Shown piece by piece: positions 10,637 to 19,982 of a stretch of 27,949 nucleotides of DNA. The translations under genes and the position numbers were made by a program. The notes beneath the pieces were generated by a model. It was not told where the DNA came from and did not search any database. It saw nothing but the letters and a program-made list of their open reading frames with translations. The first letter of the stretch is position 1. Every line of letters begins with the position of its first letter. Source of the DNA: Macrostomum lignano (lineage: Eukaryota); NCBI GenBank assembly GCA_002269645.1, contig NIVC01005045.1, forward strand, positions 1 through 27,949, read 5' to 3'.

Positions 10637-11334
10637 GCCACCGCCACCCTCCCACATTCCAGGCTGGTCCAACAATCAGCTTCATTCAAATATAAAATAC
10701 AGTAGAAGTCTCACTGTGCTACTCATACTACTGAGCACTCATTTTTGGCGATAGTAGTACACCAACCTTCAAGCATTGTCTATACATATACACTTTTAAT
10801 GCTTGTCTACAATCTGGGCTTCTAATCAAGTAAACATTTTCATTGTCAAAGTTTCATGCATGAGACTAAATGGCTTACAAAGATAGAAAAACAGTGCACA
10901 TTATTCCCTTTGAGTATGGCTGTGTATATTTATATTTATATAATTTGACACTTGCCTTCAAAGGTTTCTTCCAAAGAAGTGACGAAATTAAGGCAACAAT
11001 GTTAGAGGATCATAACTGTGACAACAACATTAGGGAGCGGGTGTATGAACTTGTTCTTTCATTGAGAGTTAGTTAAACAAATATGCAATAGAGAAACTGT
11101 GATGGGGTGACACTTAGTCAATTATAATAATATAAATGTTTGTAAAGTGCTTTATCTTACACAGTGCACGGGTCTAGCTAACAGATGTGGGCGTGATTGC
11201 AGTTTAACAAAAAGTATATTTGCTACCTTTGTTGTTTAGTTGCCAAGGAGATTGAATTGATTTGGTACGCCAAGTATTTTCTTATCTATTTCTAAAATCT
11301 CAAAATAGTTTATCCTGAAAAAGAAAAAGTCTCT

Positions 11335-12960
11335 CCTTGTCTGTCTTTCCTTGTCTGTCTCTCCCTGTCTGTCTCCCTGTCTGTCTCTCCCTGTCTGTCT
11401 CTCCTTGTCTGTCTCTCCTTGTCTGTCTCTCCTTGTCTGTCTCTCCTTGTCTGTCTCCCTGTCTGTATCTCCCTGTCTGTCTCTCCTTGTCTGTCTGTCT
11501 CTCCTTGTCTGTCTCCCTGTCTGTCTCTCCCTGTCTGTCTCTCCTTGTCTGTCTCTCCTTGTCTGTCTCTCCTTGTCTGTCTTTCACTGTCTGTCTCAGT
11601 GGCTGTGTCTCAGTGTTTGTGTCTCTCTGTCTGTCTCTCACTGTCTGTGACTCACTGTCTGTCTCTCCTTGTCTGTCTCTCCCTGTCTGTCTCTCACTGT
11701 CTGTCTCTCCCTGTCTGTCTCTCACTGTCTGTGTCTCACTGTCTGTCTTTCGCTGTCTGTCTCTCACTGTCTGTGTCTCACTGTCTGTCTCTCACTGTCT
11801 GTCTCTCACTGTCTGTCTCTCACTGTCTGTCTCTCACTGTCTGTCTCTCACTGTTTGTCTCTCACTGTCTGTCTCTCACTGTCTGTCTCTCTCTGCCTGT
11901 CTGTCCCTGTTTGTCTCTCACTGTCTGTCTCTCACTGTCTGTCTCTCACTGTCTGTCTCAGTGGCTGTGTCTCAGTGTTTGTGTCTCTCTGTCTGTCTCT
12001 CACTGTCTGTGACTCACTGTCTGTCTCTCCTTGTCTGTCTCTCCTTGTCTGTCTCTCCTTGTCTGTGTCTCACTTTCTGTCTGTCCCTGTCTGTCTCTCT
12101 CTGCCTGTCTGTCCCTGTTTGTCTCTCACTGTCTGTCTCCTTGTCTGTCTTTCACTGTCTGTCTCAGTGGCTGTGTCTCACTTTCTGTCTGTCCCTGTCT
12201 GTCTCTCACTGTCTGTCTCTCACTGTCTGTCTCTCCCTGTCTGTCTCTCACTGTCTGTCTTTCGCTGTCTGTCTCTCACTGTCTGTGTCTCACTGTCTGT
12301 CTCTCACTGTCTGTCTCTCACTGTCTGTCTCTCACTGTCTGTCTCTCACTGTCTGTCTCTCACTGTTTGTCTCTCACTGTCTGTCTCTCACTGTCTGTCT
12401 CTCTCTGCCTGTCTGTCCCTGTCTGTCTCTCACTGTCTGTCTCTCACTGTCTGTCTCTCACTGTCTGTCTCTCACTGTCTGTCTCTCACTGTCTGTCTCT
12501 CACTGTCTGTCTCTCACTGTCTGTCTCTCACTGTCTGTCTCTCACTGTCTGTCTCTCACTGTTTGTCTCTCACTGTCTGTCTCTCACTGTCTGTCTCTCA
12601 CTGTCTGTCTCTCACTGTCTGTCTCTCTCTGCCTGTCTGTCCCTGTTTGTCTCTCACTGTCTGTCTCTCTCTGCCTGTCTGTCCCTGTTTGTCTCTCACT
12701 GTCTGTCTCTCACTGTCTGTCTCTCTCTGCCTGTCTGTCCCTGTTTGTCTCTCACTGTCTGTCTCTCACTGTCTGTCTCTCACTGTCTGTCTCTCACTGT
12801 CTGTGTCTCACTGTCTGTGTCTCACTGTCTGTGTCTCACTGTCTGTGTCTCCCTGTCTGTGTCTCCCTGTCTGTCTCACACTGTCTTCTCTCCCAGTCTG
12901 TCTCTCACACTGTCTGTCTTTCGCTGTCTGCCTCTCACTTTGTGTCTCTCCCTGTCTTTA
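11335..12960. repeat. 14-bp CTGT/CTCA-rich satellite (~110 units)
   Basis: Unit CTGTCTGTCTCTCA with variants. The + strand is very A-poor. The 14-aa translated period is [14 protein letters not shown]. Confidence 0.96.
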
Positions 12961-13339
12961 TCCGCATGTCTGTCTCTCCCTGTGTGTCTTTCCGTCTTTC
13001 GCTCACCATTTATCTTTAATTTGAATGCCTCCCAGTCTGTATTATTTTCAAAAATTGTTAAATTTACCTGTTTACCTTTACATTCTACTCTGCTCTCTAG
13101 CTATACTCATTTTCTCTACCATAACAATGACTTTTTTATTGACAGATGACTGACAAAATTGCATGCACTTTAGATTATCATATGCTATATGATGTTTTTG
13201 TGTATGATAATTAGCAAATTAAATTTGGCTTCTCCCTGTTTCGCAAAACTGTATAAAAATGAGACTCATCATGGCTTGCGAATGAATGAACATACAGCTG
13301 ATTGGAATTGCTCAAAAGTTTCTCAGGTGGCCATCAGAA

Positions 13340-15700
13340 TTAGTAGGCTCTACTCAGGTGGCTTGAGTCCAAGTCGACCTGAAGCATATTCCTCGTGGGC
13401 GGTCGGGTCAGGTCAATATTGATGGTCTCGCTGGTGCTGGCCTCGAGGTCCATGGACGCGTTGTCGCGAATCCGCACCTTCTGCGCTCCGGGCTGCTGAC
13501 TGCCGCTCACCGCGGCGCTCCTGTAGAAGCAGTGATTGAGGAACAGGCCGTAGCTGGCGATGACCAGCACCGTGCCCGCAACCAGGTACTCCTTCTTGGC
13601 CAGGGTGGTGCCCACGATCAGACAGGTGACTCCGCCGATGGCAACCAGAGCGATGAGGTGCAGGTAGATTAGATGGATGACGATGGCGCACTCCTGGAAG
13701 CTGCAACAGCGCAGGCGATTGAACCAGCGACGCGACTGCGGGCCTTGCAGGGTGTCGGAGCGCCTGCTGAACAGTTGCAGAGTCTTCAGGCCAATCATCC
13801 CGGCCGAGGCGGACGCCAGGATGCCGTCCTGCAGCGACTGCGAGCTCTCGGAGCTGGCCGCGTCTTCGTCATCGTCGCCGTCTTGGTCCTCCTCGTTTGC
13901 GTCGGCGTCAGCAGGTGCATCTGTCGCGGCTTCGATGAGCGCTGAGCCAGACGGTGTCTCGTAGGTTGTTGACGGGTCCCAGCTGATCTGCTTGCGCAAC
14001 GGCTGATGATGCTGATGCGGATGTTGAGAGGGGCCGCTAGCGCTCAGACTGGGCGGCGTGCTCAGCTGGGAAGCCAGTGGTTGCGGCCTGTGAGAATTAA
14101 AGGATTGATTGTTTAGCACCTTTGTTGAAGTACTTCATACAGCAATGCTTAAGGTACCTGAAATTACAGGTTGTTTGTTCATCACTCATTCATCACTACG
14201 AATGAGGGACAGCTTTTGAAGTCAATCAAACAGTTAATTAGTTAATAATTAAAACTATTTGTTGATGAATTTTCACGTTTTCTTTTTAAATAAGGGCACT
14301 TTACTACCACGTAAGTTCATACATTGCGTCTCACAACCATGCAGTGCTGAGGCATACGTTAATTACGAGTACAAATGTTATACTCAATCGTTCTGGCAAA
14401 AGTTTGGCCATAGACTAGCCTCAAATATCTTCATTTCGGCCCGCTCCTAGATGCAGGGCTAAGCAAAGTATGCAGTTTTCGATATACCATCTTTACAATA
14501 GACTATAATCCCGGGCTGAATCGTTGGCCGAATCGAGTGCAAAAACTGGGGTGGGGGGGGGGCTTCGCTCCCACATTTCAACCATAGATAAAATCAACCA
14601 GAGTCTGACTAAAGTTAAGTAGTGGATATCAGAATTCTTTTCATTCTGAATTTAACTTCGTATTTTGTCAACCTGCTAAGCCAGAGAAAAATGATCAATT
14701 TTTCAAGAATTGCGACTGGAGATATCTCCGGATTTGACACTCTATGGATGAAATCAAGGCTGTAACAGGTCAGTGTTCAGTTGTTTTTGTACTGTGCTAA
14801 GTTATAGATTATAGCATCACTCTAAAGAAACCGATTTTTTGTAGGTCATCGCCGCGATGAATCCGTCAATCGATACACCAAGCGCATCTCTGAGAAGAGA
14901 AAGATCCAGGTTTCTCGCAGTCTCTCCACTCAGAGTCGAAGATGTCGAAGGTGGTTTCAATGGAGCACCGCCAGACGGAGTACAATGAGCCTGGCCCGTC
15001 GCGCAACCCAATAGCTACTCTGGAGAAGGATGGAGCTAAAATTAGCTTCTTCTTGTAAAAGAGGCAAGCGGTGAATGGAAGCAAGATGTGAACCTGTAAC
15101 GGACAATGAATTTTGCTAGCAATGTATGTGACAGTTTGGTTTGGAAGGTTTGGAGTTTAAGAATATAGCATGAATCTGTGCAAAGCTAAGATTTTCTCAC
15201 CTTTCAGCCGAATTCGGTGGCGGAGCCAGACTGCTGCTGCCAGCGGTTGTCGGTAATCGCTGCCGTTCTTGACGATTGGAGCTGCTAGACGCCTGTTCCA
15301 GTGGACTGTGCCGGTCTCCGTTAGTCACGACCACCGCCGCTGCTGCTCCAACATCAGCCGTCGCGGCGCCGCCACCCGAGCTTTCTTGTCGCTCCTCCAG
15401 CACGTCGTGCAGGCGTTGCATTTTCTCTTTCAGCAGGCCAACTTCGGCCACGAGGTCTCGAAACGCTGCCGCGTCCATGCGGATCTGGCGACCCTGGGCG
15501 GCCAGGGCGAGCTCTTTAAAGTGCAACTTGGCCGCGAAGCCGAGCAGCAGCTCGTCTAATTGGCCGGCGAGGCCGCGGACGGCTGCGAGTTGGTCGCGCA
15601 GGCGCGTCAGCTGTCGCTCCTGGACAGCCAGCCGGCCAGAGGCGCGGGCCAGCTGCTGCCGCAGATTGGCGCTGTCTGCTAGGAGAAGATCAACTGCCAT
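13340..15700 (-). CDS. Uncharacterised coiled-coil protein with C-terminal two-TM hairpin; exons 15700-15201 and 14087-13340 (415 aa from ATG at 15700; the true 5' end may lie further upstream)
   Basis: Two GC3-rich ORFs are joined in phase 2 by donor AAG|GTGAGA (15201/15200) and acceptor TTCTCACAG|G (14088/14087), reading ...NSAER-PQPLAS... The total of 1248 nt is in frame. It has a heptad-rich N-terminus, two hydrophobic segments separated by KKE, and a minus-strand AATAAA at 13140-13135. Confidence 0.8.
14735..15058 (+). mobile_element. Crypton-like tyrosine recombinase C-terminal remnant (intron-containing, disabled)
   Basis: Removing a 76-nt GTCAGT...TTTTTTGTAG intron (14769-14844) gives *HSMDEIKAVTGHRRDESVNRYTKRISEKRKIQVSRSLS, which has the YR-type TGH-x8-Y spacing. 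There is an in-frame TGA at 14735 where a conserved Gly is expected. Confidence 0.7.
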
Positions 15701-16762
15701 TGCCTGCACGCCTTCCTTTTTTGGTATTGGCCCTGCTAGTAAAGCGAGCTGTCGTTTTCCCAACTCAAATGGTGGAGGAAGAGGTGGGGGTGGCTTGAGT
15801 AGTGCTTAACACTGCGCCAGCCGCTTATCGCTTCAGTCACGGTGCGGTCTCGGAGTTCACAATAAAATAAGCGAATTAGCCGCTTTAGTCAGTTGGTTTC
15901 AATAAGCGTATCAGTTTCAATCGATCCTCCGCTCTGTCAGAGGTGCCAAGATCTGTTTAGTGCGCGCGAGTGGCCTAAATGAACTGAATGAGTATAATAA
16001 TGCCAGTCAGAAGGGAGTGGAGTGGATCAGGAAAGCTCAAGGGTAAGGAGGATCACACACACACACACCAGGATTTTATGAGAGGGATTTCTAGAGCTTG
16101 GAGCGTCGTTGGCTCTTATAAAGCAATGAATTAAGTTAGAAAAGGAGAAAAACTGGCCCCCTGCCGACGCCGACGGAGCCCCAGTCCCCTTAACTTTAAG
16201 ACTGCGCGGTGGGTGGAGAGGACTGTTCTTATTATGCGCTGCTGCGTCAGTAGGGAGGACAGGCCTGAACTGTTTCCTGTAGCTCAATGAAGCGCACTGG
16301 GTTGTGGCGCAAGTGTGCCAGCACACAAGCTTGCCAGATTTAGATTAATCTGCAGGTCCTGCTCAGCCTTACAGAGAGCATCTTGGCCCTAGAGCTCTAA
16401 TCTCCTTGTTTATTCCGTCCCGTTTGAGACCCCCACTCTCTGGGCTACTCCGACGACTCCATTCGCTCATCCTACTCAGCCCATACGGACCACCTGGTCA
16501 CGCTGACGTCTCAGGGTCAGATGAGCCATTACATTTTTTCCTGGTGACTCCAAGATCATCTCTTTCTTACCTTAGTCATATAATTCTGCTATCTCCCCTT
16601 CTTTTTAGCTATTCAACCTCCATGAAATCCCTAACATAAAGTTCTGCCGTGCGCATTTCTTCATCATATAGTACCTCCCGGAACTGCGGGGGCTGGCTCA
16701 AGCGTAAACCCAATCTACTCAGTGCACTAGATGAAATGTTTCTGCTGTACCTGCTGCTGGCT

Positions 16763-16770
<8 letters not shown>

Positions 16771-16799
<29 letters not shown>
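16771..16799. repeat. (AG)14 microsatellite; a (CA)7 run lies at 16054-16068
   Basis: Read directly from the sequence. Confidence 0.95.
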
Positions 16800-16802
<3 letters not shown>

Positions 16803-17329
16803 TCCCCATCCATACAGAAAGTCACTCTAAACCATGCACACTGCTCAGTATTGGGCATAGAGTCAATTCACTATAATAGATCACAGTGAGCATGTTCCTT
16901 TCATTCTTCCTCACTGATTCCGTCTAATTTTCGGATGCAATAATAGTAAATTAAGCCTGCATTAGAGAATGGAAAATAACTTAAAACCATTGATCCATTA
17001 AGTCACATGTGCGATTACACTCCCTGTGATCACGCAAATTCGGCCTGTGTGAATGAGGCTTCGCTCTTATTCGCCATCACGGTTTTCCCGCAGGTATTTG
17101 TTGGCAGCCATCCTTGCTCATGTCCTCTCGATACTTGTCGAGAAGATGAGTTCTAATCATCAGTAGATTTTTCTTTGGTAGGCCTGGCTTTGCAATTCTG
17201 AGTTAATCTACAAATGTTGTCGTCCTATGACTTACTTGACTTAGCTGCAGGGGACTACTGGAATCTGGAGAGGTGACGCCGCCCGTTCCGCTAGGGGTGT
17301 CGCGCAGGGAGATCCGGTACTTCCGGTGT

Positions 17330-17515
17330 CCGCAGCGCGGAGAGTGCAGGAGGTGGTTGGTCGCTCGCCTAGTAGCTTTTAGGTAGTGCACAAACTGGCA
17401 GAAATTCTCCGGTCTTTCTTCATCCAGGGCTTTTGTAGAAGTCCACCACCCGAGTCAGATTGGTCGAGGCCGCGATGCGGTGGTGCAGGTTGAGCTGCAG
17501 GACGTTCACTCCCAA
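17330..17515 (-). mobile_element. Degenerate non-LTR retrotransposon ORF2 start (APE endonuclease N-terminus, R1/LOA-like)
   Basis: Minus strand reads LGVNVLQLNLHHRIAASTNLTRVV (from 17515), then after a frameshift LLQKPWMKKDRRI (17441-) and RPTTSCTL. These correspond to the xLQxNLHH, xIQEPW and RPRACI motifs of APE endonucleases. Sequence up to ~17830 may be an ORF1 remnant. Confidence 0.65.
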
Positions 17516-18291
17516 GAGTTCGCGGGTGGTCGGCGCAACTCCATGGGCTCCTCCCGGGTGAATCGTGGGTTGAGGGGCAGTTTCGGCATTCTCGGCACTA
17601 TTTCAGTTTTGGGAACGCAGCCGTCTCTGAGATGCCAATCGGGTGCTTTTGTTGAAGGTCCCGATGGTCGCCGCCGATGCTCCAGACGGTGATGAAGGGG
17701 ACCCTGGTGCCTGGGATGTTGAGAACAAAGGCCTCTACGACAGATGGACCCAGATTATTGAGCCAATATGGATTCACCATAAAGGTTTATACAGTGTAGT
17801 GTTGGTTGTCCTTGCCACCAGTGTCTTCGACAAGAATCGTTGAATATCTCGACGATGATGACGTCGGATGACTTTGAACGTTAGTTCGTCGGAAAGGGCG
17901 GAAACTTTTGATCCATATGGTGGGATTTTACGAAAATCGGTAATTTGTTTTGCGAGCTATCGTGAAATGGGTCGTGTGTATTTGTAATACACCCCTCGTG
18001 GTCTTTCCCCATGGGGAAAAATAGCGTGGTCTTTCTACTGTTTCTTTCTACGTGGTCTTTCTAGGGGTTGCTCTTGCAGCATTTCTGGCAATGCAAGCCT
18101 GGCAATGCAAAGAGTTTATCGACAATCGTACTGTCCTGCACTCGTTAGACTCTTTAAAGGTTAAATAAAAATATTGAATTAATGCTTTTAAGCTTTTGGG
18201 CTCAGGTTTACTGTTGAAGATAAATGATCAGCATTAGTTCCGAGGCAAGAATGCCAACACTAAGCCTTGATGCCAAGCATCAAGGAGAGTC

Positions 18292-19354
18292 CGAGATGCC
18301 ATGACTCAAGGATTAGTAGCATAGATGCCATGACTCAAGGGTTAGTAGCTGAGATGCCATGACTCAAGGATTAGTAGCATAGATGCCATGACTCAAGGGT
18401 TAGTAGCTGAGATGCCATGACTCAAGGGTTAGTAGCTGAGATGTCATGGCTCAAGGGCTAGTAACTGAGATGTCATGACTCAAGGGTTAGTAGCTGAGAT
18501 GCCATGACTCAAGGGTTAGTAGCTGAGATGCCATGACTCAAGGATTAGTAGCATAGATGCCATGACTCAAGGGTTAGTAGCTGAGATGCCATGACTCAAG
18601 GGTTAGTAGCTGAGATGCCATGACTCAAGGGTTAGTAGCTGAGATGTCATGACTCAAGGGTTAGTAGCTGAGATGCCATGACTCAAGGGTTAGTAGCTGA
18701 GATGCCATGACTCAAGGGTTAGTAGCTGAGATGTCATGGCTCAAGGGTTAGTAGCTGAGATGTCATGGCTCAAGGGTTAGTAGCTGAGATGCCATGACTC
18801 AAGGGTTAGTAGCTGAGATGCCATGGCTCAAGGGTTAGTAGCTGAGATACCATGACTCAAGGGTTAGTAGCTGAGATACCATGACTCAAGGGTTAGTAGC
18901 TGAGATGTCATGACTCAAGGGATAGTAGCTGATATGCCATGACTCAAGGGTTAGTAGCTGAGATGCCATGACTCAAGGATTAGTAGCTGAGATACCATGA
19001 CTCAAGGGTTAGTAGCTGAGATGTCATGACTCAAGGGTTAGTAGCTGAGATGTCATGGCTCAAGGGTTAGTAGCTGAGATGCCATGACTCAAGGATTAGT
19101 AGCTGAGATACTATGACTCAAGGGTTAGTAGCTGAGATGTCATGACTCAAGGGTTAGTAGCTGAGATGCCATGACTCAAGGATTAGTAGCTGAGATGGCA
19201 TGGCTCAATGGTTAGTAGCTGAGATGCCATGGCTCAAGGGTTAGTAGCTGAGATGTCATGACTCAAGGGATAGTAGCTGATATGCCATGACTCAAGGGAT
19301 AGTAGCTGATATGCCATGACTCAAGGGTTAGTAGCTGAGATGTCATGACCCAAG
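18292..19354. repeat. 29-bp minisatellite, 37 units
   Basis: Unit GAGATGCCATGACTCAAGGGTTAGTAGCT. Hand count: 29 units with TGACTCA, 7 with TGGCTCA and 1 with TGACCCA. Confidence 0.96.
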
Positions 19355-19571
19355 TGTCAAAAGTTAAAAAAGGTCAATTGCCTGACTCAAGACAACAAAT
19401 TGAATGAAAGATCTAAGGTAGATTTTGCATAAGATTAGAGTAAAAAAGAAGATTTGCAGAGAACTGAAAGTACTGCCTCCACTGGAACACAATAGAGTAA
19501 TATCAGTTTGTTGTGCAGCGATAAAGTAGAAAGAATACTAATTCGTGCCCAATGCACTCCAACACCGGTAC

Positions 19572-19896
19572 TGACGTCACGTGCTGATAGATCTCTTTCG
19601 GGCCCAACGAGTTTGTTGCAGCAACCGCAATTTTACGGCAAAACCGCCCTCAAGATAGTCGGATCGTGCCACTGGTTGCCCCTTTTCTCATACGAAACTC
19701 AACACTCGGTATTCTGATTTTTTTTCAGAAGCGAAAGAACCAGTTCCACTAGTCACATCACTAGCCACAAGCTTTTTGACAAACTTTAGCGACGGCACGT
19801 TCTGCGCAAACGTGACATTTCATCAGTTCCATGCCGTAGCTAGTTACGACACTGAGAACTTATCTTTAAAAAAAACAGCCACAAAAACAGTATAAA
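19572..19896 (+). promoter_or_regulatory. Putative promoter of astacin 1: CRE/E-box (TGACGTCACGTG, 19572-19583) and TATA box (TATAAA, 19891-19896)
   Basis: Perfect TGACGTCA overlapping CACGTG, and TATAAA 92 nt upstream of the ATG at 19983. These are motif matches only. Confidence 0.4.
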
Positions 19897-19982
19897 TATG
19901 AGACAGATGCTGCGTTATCCTAAACAAAGCGAAGAAAAATATCCGAACTCTCTCCTCACTCGCCAAGAGACAAGACCGTACC

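Noticed and set aside
9452-10754. Pro/Gln-rich ORFs resembling a repetitive structural protein
   Set aside because: The 28-bp unit is not a multiple of 3 and all frames cycle through the same peptide, so this is non-coding satellite.
11300-13149. 560, 451 and 372 aa Cys/Leu/Ser/Val ORFs and an RQ/ETD-rich antisense ORF
   Set aside because: Simple-sequence CTGT/CTCA satellite.
14866-15084. Minus-strand peptide SVWRCSIETTFDIFDSEWR resembling the RxxIExxFGxLKxRWR motif of Harbinger/IS5 DDE transposases
   Set aside because: No upstream DDE aspartate motifs, and G and K of the motif are absent. The same bases are better explained by the + strand spliced YR reading. It also cannot be a phase-compatible exon of the host gene because of an early stop.
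17997-18061. Three copies of CGTGGTCTTTC and a TTCCCCATGGGGAA hairpin
   Set aside because: Short and irregularly spaced, with no associated feature. Possibly an old TE fragment but unsupported.
159-19354. CRISPR-like arrays
   Set aside because: Unit lengths of 23-47 bp are CRISPR-sized, but the units are head-to-tail with no unique spacers, there are no cas genes, and the context is eukaryotic.
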